Origin: Shigella phage SP21535
Length of the DNA stretch: 64,000 nucleotides
Sequence record: PQ615101
Reading direction: 5' to 3' (one strand)
The notes beneath the pieces are model-generated. The model saw nothing but the letters and a program-made list of their open reading frames with translations. It searched no databases and was not told the DNA's origin. How positions within the stretch are numbered: position 1 is the first letter of the stretch; every line of letters begins with the position of its first letter. Positions 30,208-41,017 of the stretch are shown one piece after another. The translations under genes and the position numbers were made by a program.

Positions 30208-30785
30208 TTATAATACCCCGCTTTAACTCGCCCCTTTAAGGTACTATAATTTATATTAAGAGCTTTAGCTGCGATTTTAATACTTTTATATAAAACGCCG
30301 TTGATAATAATAGATTTAGCATTAGGGGCTATTTTGCCATACATTGGGTTATTGGCGCCGCACATCTTCGGAGTTTTACCTCTAGGCCCTCTAGGCCCTC
30401 TTTTTCTAGACGATTTAATGCTAATTTTCAATCTAGTTTCACGCGAATGAGATTTACCGTAAAATCCATTTTTAACACCCGCTGTGCTATGTTTTGGGAA
30501 GCCACCGATACCACCTAGTTTCATATTATAAGTTTTCTCAGATTTAACAAATTCCTCTGTGACTATTTCTGCCTCTGCGTCATACATAGCTTTTTCAGAT
30601 TCAAAGAATTTTATAATATGCTTATAAAAATTATCTATGCCATATTTTTTAATGGCATTTTTAATGGCAACGCCAGAACCCATATACCCATCATCCAAAT
30701 TTGAAGTTTTATGGACACCTACATAAATTTTTCCCGTTGTTTTATTAGTTATTGAATACAAATAAAAATATTTATGGCCTCTCAT
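30195..30785 (-). CDS. GIY-YIG homing endonuclease (Seg family, SegB paralog)
   Basis: [18 protein letters not shown] ... YMGSG motifs; NUMOD-like repeats; C-terminal HTH-like region. Confidence 0.8.
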
Positions 30786-31308
30786 ACACGTAGCTTCTCA
30801 ATTTATTAGCCCAACGACTCCAATTTCCAACTATAGTTTTAGTATAATTTTTAACGAGAGTTTTTCTTACTGGAGCAGGAGGATCTGTTGGTTCAGTAGT
30901 ATCAGAAGATGACCTAGAATTACTGCCAGAACCCCCAGATTCACTTTGTTCTTGGTAGTCATATATTAATGTTACTTCATAAGTGAATGTTTTCTGGAGG
31001 TTTTGAGGAGCTTTCCATAAATATAACTGAGTATTAGAATCAGTTGGAAGGTCTTCCCATGAAGCAGCAGTTTTAAATTCATTATCTAAACGATATTTCA
31101 ATGCGTCATTTCCAAATCCAAATACAGATTCATACGTTCCATATAAACGATTTTCTTCTACTAAAACCCCAGGAGTTTCTTCGTAACTAGTTATATTTAT
31201 AGATACTAACGTTTCACCTGTTTCTAATTGAGCGGTAAAGGTGACGTCGATAGAAGAACCTTCCATGGATTCTCCTAAATCAGCGCTCATTGGAAGTATA
31301 TTAGCCAA
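30772..31308 (-). CDS. hypothetical protein (gp5.1-like position)
   Basis: 178-aa ORF between the two GIY-YIG genes; Ser/Gly-rich linker. Confidence 0.5.
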   Translation of the reverse strand: MANILPMSADLGESMEGSSIDVTFTAQLETGETLVSINITSYEETPGVLVEENRLYGTYESVFGFGNDALKYRLDNEFKTAASWEDLPTDSNTQLYLWKAPQNLQKTFTYEVTLIYDYQEQSESGGSGSNSRSSSDTTEPTDPPAPVRKTLVKNYTKTIVGNWSRWANKLRSYVYERP

Positions 31309-32167
31309 TTGTTGAATTCTCTAATGATGTAAATTTATAATCACATTTTTTCAAAGCTTTTAAAATTGCGTTATAACTTACATCCGGGAGGTCATGTTCA
31401 ATTGCTTTTTCTCTAAACCATTTGTATTTCTGTGGATGTGGTTTTCCCAAAACCTCCCAAAGTTTTTTGACTTTTTCTATACTAATCCAAGGTTCAACTG
31501 ATCTTAGTTTTTTATTTCTAGCATCTAATCTCGATTTTCTTATCAAAGGATCATTCCATGATTGTTTCGTTCCTTCTATTTTTCCTGGATGATTGATTAA
31601 TTTATTTCTGTATTCATCGGATTTCCATAAAGATTTAACGGTATTAGAAATACGAATTTTTAATGTTGGGTCATTTTCAAAAGCAGTTTTCATCGCATTA
31701 CTCATTTTCTTTCGATATTCTGGTGATGCGCATCTTTCTTTGTTTATTTTAGATATTTTCTCTGAAAATTCTTTAGTTGACGTTGATTTAGCTAATGCCT
31801 TCAATTGAGCTTTCCTATATTCAGGATTAGACCACATTCTCTTCAAATCTTCGGATGAAAAACCATCACCGCCGGATTTTATATTGGTACATAGAATGTC
31901 AGATGATTTATATTTCGAAATCCAATACCTTTCTCTTAAATTAAGAATTTCATAAGTAGAAACAAATTCAATTATTTCAAAATCTATTTTATAACCAGGT
32001 TTATTGCGTATCTTTTTAATATAATCACCGGAACCTATATACTTGTCATTTTCTAAATCAAAATATCTAGATTCATGTTTACCAATATAAACACGTACTA
32101 ATCCTTTCGGATTAGTAACGGTTGTTTTATATATGTATCTAAATTGAACAGTGTTAGATTTTTTCAT
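31301..32167 (-). CDS. GIY-YIG homing endonuclease with W-x-x-P-E-x-R repeat region
   Basis: FRYIYKTT...RVYIGKH...YIGSG motifs; repeated WSNPEYRK/WKSDEYRN/WNDPLIRK units. Confidence 0.75.
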   Translation of the reverse strand: MKKSNTVQFRYIYKTTVTNPKGLVRVYIGKHESRYFDLENDKYIGSGDYIKKIRNKPGYKIDFEIIEFVSTYEILNLRERYWISKYKSSDILCTNIKSGGDGFSSEDLKRMWSNPEYRKAQLKALAKSTSTKEFSEKISKINKERCASPEYRKKMSNAMKTAFENDPTLKIRISNTVKSLWKSDEYRNKLINHPGKIEGTKQSWNDPLIRKSRLDARNKKLRSVEPWISIEKVKKLWEVLGKPHPQKYKWFREKAIEHDLPDVSYNAILKALKKCDYKFTSLENSTIG

Positions 32168-32185
32168 AATTCACCTCTGAATTAT

Positions 32186-33916
32186 TTATAAACCTACGTC
32201 TATACGGCTACCATCAATTGTGTATTGACCAGATGAAATAGAACTCATAGATGCCATTTTTTCTGTCCAATCACCACCAACGTCCCAATCAACTGTCCCA
32301 GCAACTTTCCAAGAAAGATTTCCATTTACTGTATTAGTCTGGTTTCCTTCAACTAAAGTGGTAGCATCCCCTTTAACTGTAATGTCAGCATTACCTTCAA
32401 CTACAATAGTAACATTACCTTTAACTAGGATAGTTCCATTACCTTCAACTGTCTTAGTTTCATCGCCACGTACAAATATTGTATTGCTTCCATCTATTTG
32501 GTGGAGACGATTATCCATGTTGTAATAAATTTCTGACCCACCGACGTTAGTCTTTTTATCGCCAGCTACCAAAAAATTACCATCAGCATTTGTTATATCA
32601 TACAAATTATCAACAGTTTTTCTTGTTCTTCTTCCTGACGGTGATACTTCCTCATATGTTCCAGTCGGATGAACTAATCTGTATCGTTCTTGTCCCGGGG
32701 TATCGTCAAATTCCTGAATATGACCGCTTTCAGTTTCCATTGTGTGAACATACGGATATTCACCTTTATATGAAGAAACAGGTTCTTTAAATAAAATTCT
32801 CGAATCATTCGGAATAGGAGGGTCAGCTGGATCAGAAGACTTTGCTACAGCAGCAGCCATTGCTGACAAAGACCTAGCCGGTGTTTTCACTTCAATACCG
32901 TATGATTCCAAATTACCGGTAAGAATAATCATGGTAACACGGGATGCACGGCCTTTTGTTTGTTGATACCACAATGAATCACGACCAGCTTTATATGCTT
33001 TTTCCCAATCTCCGGCTAACATAGCAGTTAACATTGTGTTAAATTTAGCTACACCGCCAACACCCATTTGGAATGCCATATTTTCTAATGCCATTTGACG
33101 AGAACGATTAACTGCCTGCCAAACTGGGCCAACTTTAGAATGTGATTTAATGTCACGTTGCATATCAGCTAAATCACGTTCAAATAAAGTTACCGCTTCT
33201 TCCATTGTAATAGAACCTGGATTTCCGGTAATTTCACGACCAACTTGTTTTGATAAAACTTTATTAATTTGGGCCATATCACGAACTGGCTGCTTCATGA
33301 TAAGATGACCAATACCAATTGTCGGATATCCTTCGGTATCCCAATAAACTTTTAGTCTTAATCCTTCATCGCGGCGAAGCATTTCAGCCATTGACATATT
33401 TGGATTATCATCAGTTGGAATCTCTGATAGTGGTCTATCATCAGGATTTATCGCAGTGTCTAAATTACTATCTTGGATAATATTAGAAGACGAATCATAT
33501 CCTACTTCTCCGCCTTGGTTTAATACGTTAGTATCATTTCCTAGACGTCTAGGATACTGTCCAGTCGGGTCAGAAAATCCTTCAAGTCTATTAGGCTTTT
33601 CGCGAACTATTCCACCATACGTGCCAAGGACAATTCCGTTAGTTTTCCATTTGTCTAAAAAATGACCATAAACTCTAGTTCCTTCTACCGGTCCAGTAAC
33701 AGAACCTCCAATTCCAGACATTGCTGCAGAAGTTATAGGTTGAATAACTGACATCCATGGTAATTTATCAGTTGGAATACCCATTACATCGCCTTGCGCT
33801 CTTTGAGGTGGATGCAGACCAACCACACGAACACGAACACGACCTAATTTTAATGGGTCCATTCTATCTTCAACAACACCAACAAACCAGTTGAGGTTAT
33901 TACTTATCATTTCCAT
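32186..33916 (-). CDS. 5: baseplate hub + tail lysozyme gp5
   Basis: 576 aa; lysozyme-like GYPTIGIGHL segment; C-terminal VxGxxxxx beta-helix repeats. Confidence 0.9.
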   Translation of the reverse strand: MEMISNNLNWFVGVVEDRMDPLKLGRVRVRVVGLHPPQRAQGDVMGIPTDKLPWMSVIQPITSAAMSGIGGSVTGPVEGTRVYGHFLDKWKTNGIVLGTYGGIVREKPNRLEGFSDPTGQYPRRLGNDTNVLNQGGEVGYDSSSNIIQDSNLDTAINPDDRPLSEIPTDDNPNMSMAEMLRRDEGLRLKVYWDTEGYPTIGIGHLIMKQPVRDMAQINKVLSKQVGREITGNPGSITMEEAVTLFERDLADMQRDIKSHSKVGPVWQAVNRSRQMALENMAFQMGVGGVAKFNTMLTAMLAGDWEKAYKAGRDSLWYQQTKGRASRVTMIILTGNLESYGIEVKTPARSLSAMAAAVAKSSDPADPPIPNDSRILFKEPVSSYKGEYPYVHTMETESGHIQEFDDTPGQERYRLVHPTGTYEEVSPSGRRTRKTVDNLYDITNADGNFLVAGDKKTNVGGSEIYYNMDNRLHQIDGSNTIFVRGDETKTVEGNGTILVKGNVTIVVEGNADITVKGDATTLVEGNQTNTVNGNLSWKVAGTVDWDVGGDWTEKMASMSSISSGQYTIDGSRIDVGL

Positions 33917-34490
33917 AAGATTTCTCCATTATACGTATAAGGTCGTTCATAAATGAATTAATGTCTGATTTTGCTATTATTTTTATTTGACGAAGTTTTT
34001 CATTTTCAAGAACAGCAGCTTCATACGTATCAACAGCAGCAAGTGCTCCTTCATATTGAGGATATTTTCTAGCTTTATCGCCTTTATCATACCAAACATA
34101 TGGATTATCATCGTATGATATTAAATTATAAAATTTTTCACCATTCTCATTCACGTGATATACTATTTGGTCTCCACCTACGTTTTTGTATTTTTGTATA
34201 GATGCTTGATAAGCAGCTTCTTGCGAAGTAATCCATCCATAATACGGATCATAATTATCATTACACATCAATAAAACCCAATACAACTGTGGATTTCCAT
34301 ATATAGCATTTGCTAATTCTTCCGGGCGTGGTGAACCTTTAATATAATAAGTACGTAAGCGGTATCCCGCAAGAGCGCGTTTGAAATAGTCTTTATAGTT
34401 TCTAAAAATATCTGTCATAGGAATAGTCGGCGCGTTTTTATTCACCGTTTTGGCCGCATATTCAATCGGATCAAAAAATGTAAAGAGCAT
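33900..34490 (-). CDS. 53: baseplate wedge protein gp53
   Basis: 196 aa; divergent from gene 4. Confidence 0.85.
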   Translation of the reverse strand: MLFTFFDPIEYAAKTVNKNAPTIPMTDIFRNYKDYFKRALAGYRLRTYYIKGSPRPEELANAIYGNPQLYWVLLMCNDNYDPYYGWITSQEAAYQASIQKYKNVGGDQIVYHVNENGEKFYNLISYDDNPYVWYDKGDKARKYPQYEGALAAVDTYEAAVLENEKLRQIKIIAKSDINSFMNDLIRIMEKSYGNDK

Positions 34491-34503
34491 GGGCCCTCCT
34501 GTT

Positions 34504-34511
34504 TATAAATA
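34504..34511 (+). promoter_or_regulatory. late promoter TATAAATA for gene 4
   Basis: Exact motif 27 nt upstream of ATG 34538. Confidence 0.5.
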
Positions 34512-34518
34512 TATTATC

Positions 34519-34526
34519 TATTTATA
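34519..34526 (-). promoter_or_regulatory. late promoter TATAAATA for gene 53 (divergent)
   Basis: Exact motif on minus strand 29 nt upstream of ATG at 34490. Confidence 0.5.
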
Positions 34527-34537
34527 AGGAGAATCCA

Positions 34538-34990
34538 ATGGCATATTCTGGAAAATGGGTTCCTAAAAATATATCAAAATACAGAGGTGACCCTAAAAAA
34601 ATTACGTATAGATCAAATTGGGAAAAATTCTTTTTTGAATGGTTAGATAAAAATCCAGAAATTATTGCATGGGGTAGTGAAACAGCAGTAATTCCTTATT
34701 TTTGTAATGCAGAAGGGAAAAAACGTAGATACTTCATGGATATTTGGATGAAAGATTCTTCTGGACAAGAATTTTTTATTGAAATAAAACCTAAAAAAGA
34801 AACACAACCACCAGTTAAACCAGCACATCTAACAACTGCAGCGAAGAAAAGATTTATGAATGAAATTTATACATATTCCGTTAATACTGACAAATGGAAA
34901 GCAGCACAATCTTTAGCTGAAAAGCGTGGAATAAAATTTAGAATTTTAACAGAAGATGGATTACGAGCTCTTGGCTTTAAGGGGGCATAA
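34538..34990 (+). CDS. 4: head completion protein gp4
   Basis: 150 aa; gene order. Confidence 0.85.
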   Translation: MAYSGKWVPKNISKYRGDPKKITYRSNWEKFFFEWLDKNPEIIAWGSETAVIPYFCNAEGKKRRYFMDIWMKDSSGQEFFIEIKPKKETQPPVKPAHLTTAAKKRFMNEIYTYSVNTDKWKAAQSLAEKRGIKFRILTEDGLRALGFKGA

Positions 34991-35814
34991 TGGCTATTTT
35001 TCAAATAATTAATGAAAGCACTCCCCAAGTTCCAAAGGTTAAGCAATCATTAAACGAAAAGAAATGGATTCAGATAGGTCTTGAATACAAAAAGGCCAAA
35101 GCAAAAGGAATGACAGGAAAGCAATTTGCTGAAGAAAGAGGAATCAAATACTCTACGTTTACTTCGGCAATGTCAAAATATGCTTCAGGAATTAAAACAG
35201 CCGAAAAGATTCAAAAACTTGAATCAAAACCAATGAATAAACTCAATAAGCAAGAAAGACAACTGCTTATGATAAATTCATTCAGACAAACATTGCGTGA
35301 TAAAATTCGTAATGAAGGTGCAGCAATTAATAATAAAACCAGAAAGTGGTTTGCTGAAACTATTAAGCAAGTAAAAGGACATAAAGTTGTTCGCCCGCAG
35401 CCGGGACGAATATATGCTTTTGCTTACGATGCTAAACACAAAGAAACTCTTCCTTACTGGGATAAATTTCCTTTGATAATTTACCTCGGTTTAGGTAAAC
35501 ATAATTTAATGTACGGATTGAACTTGCACTATATTCCACCTAAAGCTCGTCAGCAATTTCTAGAAGAGCTTTTAAAGCAATATTCAAATACACCTACTAT
35601 TACTAATAAAACGAAATTAAAAATTGATTGGAGTCAAGTGAAAGGATTTAGGGGTGCAGACCAAATGATTAAGGCATATATACCTGGTAATATTATGGGT
35701 AGCCTTGTTGAAATCGCCCCGAAAGACTGGGCGAACGTTGTGTTAATGCCACTCCAAAGCTTTTACTCCAAAGGAAAACGTTTCTCTGCAAACAAAGTCT
35801 GGTCAAATATCTAA
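34990..35814 (+). CDS. 2: DNA end protector protein gp2
   Basis: 274 aa; gene order. Confidence 0.85.
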   Translation: MAIFQIINESTPQVPKVKQSLNEKKWIQIGLEYKKAKAKGMTGKQFAEERGIKYSTFTSAMSKYASGIKTAEKIQKLESKPMNKLNKQERQLLMINSFRQTLRDKIRNEGAAINNKTRKWFAETIKQVKGHKVVRPQPGRIYAFAYDAKHKETLPYWDKFPLIIYLGLGKHNLMYGLNLHYIPPKARQQFLEELLKQYSNTPTITNKTKLKIDWSQVKGFRGADQMIKAYIPGNIMGSLVEIAPKDWANVVLMPLQSFYSKGKRFSANKVWSNI

Positions 35815-35920
35815 TTCTATTATCTTCCATTCTTTTCTGTTGTTTGTTCTAATTGGAATTGAATGGAAGGGACTTAGACCCATTATACCACCAACATTTA
35901 TAAAGCATTATGAGGAATAT

Positions 35921-36451
35921 ATGTCACAAGCTCTGCAACAAATTTTTAACCAAGCAAATACAACTAACTTTGTAGTATCAATACCACATAGTAATACTAC
36001 ATCTGCTTTTACTTTAAATGCTCAGTCAGTTCCTATTCCGGGAATTAGGATACCTGTTACTGATACCGTGACTGGGCCGTTTGGACTAGGCCGAGCACAG
36101 CGTCCAGGAGTTACATTTGAGTACGATCCACTCATCGTGAGATTTATAGTTGATGAAGAGCTTAAGTCATGGATAGGAATGTATGAATGGATGCTAGGAA
36201 CTAGTAACTATCTTACAGGCGAAAATACTGCCCAAAAAACAGGTCCTGAATACATTACGCTTTACATTTTAGATAATAGTAAAACTGAAATCGTGATGTC
36301 AATAAATTTTTATAAGCCCTGGGTTTCTGACCTGTCTGAAGTAGAATTTAGCTACACAGAAGATTCAGACCCAGCCTTAGTATGCACAGCAACGATTCCT
36401 TATACGTATTTTCAAGTAGAAAAAGATGGAAAAATTATAGCAGAAGTTTAA
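35921..36451 (+). CDS. 3: tail completion/sheath stabiliser gp3
   Basis: ATG 35921 with GAGGA RBS (track start 35840 is upstream alt start); 176 aa. Confidence 0.75.
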   Translation: MSQALQQIFNQANTTNFVVSIPHSNTTSAFTLNAQSVPIPGIRIPVTDTVTGPFGLGRAQRPGVTFEYDPLIVRFIVDEELKSWIGMYEWMLGTSNYLTGENTAQKTGPEYITLYILDNSKTEIVMSINFYKPWVSDLSEVEFSYTEDSDPALVCTATIPYTYFQVEKDGKIIAEV

Positions 36452-36475
36452 TGCTTCAGTTTCATGTGTTATAAT
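36452..36475 (+). promoter_or_regulatory. middle-type promoter (MotA box TGCTTCA + TATAAT) upstream of gene 1
   Basis: TAATGCTTCA at 36449-36458, 11-nt spacer, TATAAT 36470-36475. Confidence 0.45.
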
Positions 36476-36500
36476 CTTAACTAAATTTGAGGAGAAACAT

Positions 36501-37213
36501 ATGAAACTAATCTTTTTAAGTGGTGTAAAGCGTAGTGGAAAAGATACTACTGCAGATTTTATTATGAATAATTATTCTGCAGTTAAATATCAACTTGCTG
36601 GTCCTATTAAGGATGCATTGGCTTATGCATGGGGTGTATTTGCAGCAAACACTGGCTATCCTTGTTTAACTCGTAAAGAGTTTGAAGGAATTGACTATGA
36701 TCGTGAAACTAATTTAAATCTGACTAAATTAGAAGTAATTACGATTATGGAACAAGCATTTTGCTATCTTAATAGTAAAAGCCCAATTAAAGATGTGTTT
36801 GTTTTTGATGACGCAGTTAATTTCGTAGCATTTAACAAGATTGCTGACGTTATAAATAATATTGAAGATCAATGGTCAGTCCGTCGTCTGATGCAAGCCC
36901 TAGGTACGGATTTGATTGTTAATAACTTCGACCGCATGTATTGGGTAAAATTATTTGCTTTAGATTATCTTGATAAATTTAACTCAGGTTATGATTATTA
37001 TATCGTTCCTGATACTCGTCAAGATCATGAAATGGATGCGGCTAGGGCGATGGGTGCTACAGTAATTCATGTAGTTCGTCCTGGTCAAAAATCCAATGAT
37101 ACACATATTACAGAAGCTGGATTGCCAATTCGTGATGGCGATTTAGTAATTACAAACGACGGTTCTCTTGAAGAACTTTTTTCTAAAATTAAAAATACAC
37201 TAAAGGTACTATA

Positions 37214-37214
<1 letters not shown>
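36501..37214 (+). CDS. 1: deoxynucleoside monophosphate kinase gp1
   Basis: 237 aa; P-loop GVKRSGKDT; gene order. Confidence 0.9.
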
Positions 37215-37911
<697 letters not shown>

Positions 37912-37923
37912 TTTCACAAAGTT

Positions 37924-37953
37924 GTTTACACGTTGATGAGGTAGTGATACTAT
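37924..37953 (+). promoter_or_regulatory. early promoter (GTTTAC -35, TG-extended -10) within inverted repeat
   Basis: GTTTAC 37924-37929; TGaTACTAT; flanking GATGAG/CTCATC stem. Confidence 0.5.
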
Positions 37954-37983
37954 TATCTCATCAAAATTAATTAGGAAAATAAA

Positions 37984-38271
37984 ATGAAAACTTTCAAAGA
38001 ATTTACTTCTACAACTACCCCGGTTTCTACTATTACCGAAGCTACTCTTACTTCTGAGGTTATTAAAGCAAATAAAGGACGAGAAGGTAAACCAATGATT
38101 AGTCTGGCTGATGGTGAAGAAATCAAAGGTACTGTTTACCTAGGTGATGGGTGGTCTGCTAAAAAGGATGGTGCTACAATCGTTATCTCTCCTGCTGAAG
38201 AAACTGCGTTGTTTAAAGCTAAACACATTTCTGCGGCACATCTCAAAATTATTGCTAAAAATCTTTTGTAA
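37984..38271 (+). CDS. ipI: internal protein I (capsid-targeted, injected)
   Basis: 95 aa; N-terminal capsid targeting sequence ending ...ITE before mature Ala; gene order. Confidence 0.85.
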   Translation: MKTFKEFTSTTTPVSTITEATLTSEVIKANKGREGKPMISLADGEEIKGTVYLGDGWSAKKDGATIVISPAEETALFKAKHISAAHLKIIAKNLL

Positions 38272-38290
38272 TAAATAATTTCACAAAGTT

Positions 38291-38320
38291 GTTTACATAG
38301 GGTTTTAGTTGTGATACTAT
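38291..38320 (+). promoter_or_regulatory. early promoter stem-loop cassette
   Basis: GTTTAC 38291-38296; TGATACTAT; ATAGGG/CCCTAT stem. Confidence 0.5.
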
Positions 38321-38348
38321 TACCCTATCAACTACTGAGGAGAATAAA

Positions 38349-38534
38349 ATGAAACGTTGTGAATTAATTCGAAATGTTGCTATTGCAATTTCTGCTTCCG
38401 CTTTTAGTTTTTCAATGTTTGTTGGATTTATATGTGGATTATTAACTACAGCAGAAAATGTGTTTTCACTTGTAGTAGCATTTTTAATTGGTTTAATTGC
38501 TATCGTTATGGATAAAATTTCTAAAGGTGAATAG
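38349..38534 (+). CDS. small hydrophobic protein
   Basis: 60-aa ORF, predicted transmembrane helices. Confidence 0.45.
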   Translation: MKRCELIRNVAIAISASAFSFSMFVGFICGLLTTAENVFSLVVAFLIGLIAIVMDKISKGE

Positions 38535-38535
38535 A

Positions 38536-38916
38536 ATGTACAAAGTGTATGCGGATTATCAGGCTAATCCATCTGAAAAGCCAGGTTGTCAAATTGGATG
38601 GGCTCATGATACTTTGCTTGAAGCAGTAGATGCTGCTCAAAAATTGGGATATAAATATGTAGAGATTGTTCAACCGTCAGGAAAAGTTATTACTCTTGAA
38701 GAGTTCAATAACATTAAACCAAACTTTTTACTTTTTGCAGGTGATAATTATTATCCTCGTGGTGGATATGCTGATTTAATCGCGAAAGCCGCCACTGAAG
38801 ATGAACTCCGTGATATTATCAAAGAAAATGAAAATAAACCAGATTATGGTTCCAATCGTTTCGATTGGTGGCAAATTGTAAATGCCAATACTCATACTAT
38901 TGTTGATGAAGGCTGA
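38536..38916 (+). CDS. hypothetical protein
   Basis: ATG 38536 after RBS-like AAAGGTGA; track start 38497 is upstream alt start. Confidence 0.5.
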   Translation: MYKVYADYQANPSEKPGCQIGWAHDTLLEAVDAAQKLGYKYVEIVQPSGKVITLEEFNNIKPNFLLFAGDNYYPRGGYADLIAKAATEDELRDIIKENENKPDYGSNRFDWWQIVNANTHTIVDEG

Positions 38917-38918
38917 TA

Positions 38919-39206
38919 ATGATTCTTTATGCGAAAGTATCATCCATTGAAAATGGATATAAATATGATCAAGAAGCAGCTAAAGCCTTGATTGATGATT
39001 ATGGCGTTTTAACATGTTTTGAAGTTGAAAAGGTTTATGTTGACCGTTCATCTTCTCAAGTTAAATTAGTGAAGGAAGACCGTAAATTTAATACAGTAAA
39101 TTTTGATTTCTTTATTGAAACAGAAAAAGGTCCTCTTGAATATGATATTTTCAAGAATCCTTTGGGTCTTGAATGCATCGTAAGTATGTATCATCATAAA
39201 TGGTAA
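38919..39206 (+). CDS. hypothetical protein
   Basis: 95-aa ORF with start overlapping upstream stop. Confidence 0.5.
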   Translation: MILYAKVSSIENGYKYDQEAAKALIDDYGVLTCFEVEKVYVDRSSSQVKLVKEDRKFNTVNFDFFIETEKGPLEYDIFKNPLGLECIVSMYHHKW

Positions 39207-39303
39207 ATATGCTTTAAGAATTATTTGTTATTATTAACTCATATCGCACTGATTAATACCCTCTATCATCAAGGGTTCTTGTTAGAGAGCCTTTGTTAAT
39301 AAT

Positions 39304-39376
39304 TGGGAATTAGCCAAGTTGGTAAGGCATAGCACTTTGACTGCTAGATGCAAAGGTTCGAGTCCTTTATTCCCAG
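39304..39376 (+). tRNA. tRNA-Gln (anticodon TTG)
   Basis: Cloverleaf: acceptor TGGGAAT/ATTCCCA, anticodon loop CTTTGAC, T-arm GGTTCGAGTCC. Confidence 0.85.
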
Positions 39377-39377
39377 C

Positions 39378-39464
39378 GCGAGAATGGTCAAATTGGTAAA
39401 GGCACAGCACTTAAAATGCTGCGGAATGATTTCCTTGTGGGTTCGAGTCCCACTTCTCGTACCA
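39378..39464 (+). tRNA. tRNA-Leu (anticodon TAA), long variable arm, CCA encoded
   Basis: Acceptor GCGAGAA/TTCTCGT, anticodon loop CTTAAAA, T-arm GGTTCGAGTCC, 3' ACCA. Confidence 0.85.
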
Positions 39465-39470
39465 AAGTTT

Positions 39471-39542
<72 letters not shown>

Positions 39543-39554
39543 AAATTTAATTTA

Positions 39555-39628
39555 CTCCGTGTAGCTCAGTTTGGTAGAGCGTCTGCTTTGGGAGCAGAAT
39601 GTCGCAGGTTCAAATCCTGCCGCGGAGA
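39555..39628 (+). tRNA. tRNA-Pro (anticodon TGG)
   Basis: Acceptor CTCCGTG/CGCGGAG, anticodon loop TTTGGGA, T-arm GGTTCAAATCC. Confidence 0.85.
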
Positions 39629-39630
39629 CT

Positions 39631-39717
39631 GGAGGCGTGGCAGAGTGGTTTAATGCACCGGTCTTGAAAACCGGCAGTCGCTCCGGCGACTCATAGGTTC
39701 GAATCCTATCGCCTCCG
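39631..39717 (+). tRNA. tRNA-Ser (anticodon TGA), long variable arm
   Basis: Acceptor GGAGGCG/CGCCTCC, anticodon loop CTTGAAA, T-arm GGTTCGAATCC. Confidence 0.85.
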
Positions 39718-39724
39718 TAATTTC

Positions 39725-39797
39725 GCTGATTTAGCTCAGTAGGTAGAGCACCTCACTTGTAATGAGGACGTCGGCGGTTCGATTCCGTCAATCAGCA
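39725..39797 (+). tRNA. tRNA-Thr (anticodon TGT)
   Basis: Acceptor GCTGATT/AATCAGC, anticodon loop CTTGTAA, T-arm GGTTCGATTCC. Confidence 0.85.
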
Positions 39798-39803
39798 TAT
39801 CAA

Positions 39804-39875
39804 GGCCCTGTAGCTGGAAGGTTCAAGCAAGCGACTCATAATCGCCAGATGGTGGTTCAATTCCACCCAGGGCCA
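39804..39875 (+). tRNA. tRNA-Ile (anticodon CAT, presumably lysidine-modified) or tRNA-Met
   Basis: Acceptor GGCCCTG/CAGGGCC, anticodon loop CTCATAA, T-arm GGTTCAATTCC; T4-type phages carry a CAU-anticodon tRNA-Ile here. Confidence 0.75.
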
Positions 39876-39916
39876 TATTTTGGGAACATAAATACTCTTA
39901 GAAATAGGAGATATTT

Positions 39917-40582
39917 ATGTTCCATTACACTTATAAAATAACAAATAAAATTAATAATAAAATTTATATTGGTGTGCATTCTACCGAAAATTTAGATGAT
40001 GGATATATGGGTTCTGGTAAATTATTAAAAAGAGCCCAAGACAAGTATGGTATAGAAAATTTCTCTAAAGAAATATTAGAGTATTTTGATGATAAAGAAT
40101 CTATGCTTGAAGCCGAGAAAAATATTGTCACAGAAGAGTTTTTAAATAGACCAGATGTGTATAATTTAAAACTTGGCGGTGAAGGTGGATGGGACCATAT
40201 AAATATTCCTGGGATGCTAAACCAGAAGAAAGATGCTAGCTTAAAAGGAGCTAAATCGTTTAAATCACGTTTTGAAAATGATATTTTACTTCAAGAAAAA
40301 TATCGTAAAATTGGTTCAAATGTATTTAAACGTTTGTGGTCAACTCCTGAATACAAGGAAAAATTTTTAAATAATAGCAGATTTTTAAATAAGCATCATA
40401 CTCCTGAAACTATTAATAAAATGAAAGAAATTCACGCTAAAAATAATCACCAGAAAGGAGAAAAGAATTCCCAATTTGGTATGATGTGGATTCATTCATT
40501 AGATGAAAAAGTTTCTAAACGTATTAAGAAAACTGACCCAATTCCAGAAGGATGGTTTAAAGGTCGAAAAATGAAATTTTAA
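39917..40582 (+). CDS. segB: GIY-YIG homing endonuclease SegB
   Basis: 221 aa; FHYTYKITNKINNKIYIGVH...YMGSG; located between tRNA subclusters. Confidence 0.85.
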   Translation: MFHYTYKITNKINNKIYIGVHSTENLDDGYMGSGKLLKRAQDKYGIENFSKEILEYFDDKESMLEAEKNIVTEEFLNRPDVYNLKLGGEGGWDHINIPGMLNQKKDASLKGAKSFKSRFENDILLQEKYRKIGSNVFKRLWSTPEYKEKFLNNSRFLNKHHTPETINKMKEIHAKNNHQKGEKNSQFGMMWIHSLDEKVSKRIKKTDPIPEGWFKGRKMKF

Positions 40583-40585
40583 TTA

Positions 40586-40662
<77 letters not shown>

Positions 40663-41000
40663 GACAAGAAACCGGGTCGCTACCGGTAAGTCGTCGGACT
40701 GATGTTCCCTGGGTAAGGAATTGCGTTAATAAATCTTTATGATTTGTTGATGCCCTCTTACATCACAGCAGAAACGGCGCACCGAATTATCGATTCGAGG
40801 AAATATCTTTGCCGTAAGCCGAGTAGCGTTTTTGACGGAACGTTCGGATATGGTCGAGATATGGCCTTTTAAAAATATTAAGTAGCGTCAACTGCTTAAT
40901 AACCGGGTTCGAATCCCGGCGTTTCGTACAAACACTTGCCTTAGCAGGTGGAACCCCGACAAGGTTGCCGCAAGGCTTTAGCCCCGACCGAAAGGTTGGG
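40663..41000 (+). ncRNA. structured stable RNA region (T4 species 1/2 RNA-like, tRNA-like T-arm)
   Basis: No ORF; GC-rich helices; CCGGGTTCGAATCCCGG T-arm-like element at ~40902-40918; precedes terminator. Confidence 0.4.
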
Positions 41001-41006
41001 GCTTTT
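40981..41006 (+). terminator. rho-independent terminator, GNRA-capped hairpin
   Basis: GCCCCGACC-GAAA-GGTTGGGGC followed by TTTTT. Confidence 0.65.
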
Positions 41007-41009
41007 TGG

Positions 41010-41017
41010 TATAAATA
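41010..41017 (+). promoter_or_regulatory. late promoter TATAAATA
   Basis: Exact motif 40 nt upstream of ATG 41057. Confidence 0.45.

Noticed and set aside
39804-39875. Elongator or initiator tRNA-Met
   Set aside because: No initiator features (no three consecutive G-C pairs in the anticodon stem); T4-type phages are known to carry a CAU-anticodon tRNA-Ile at this position. Retained as Ile with moderate confidence.
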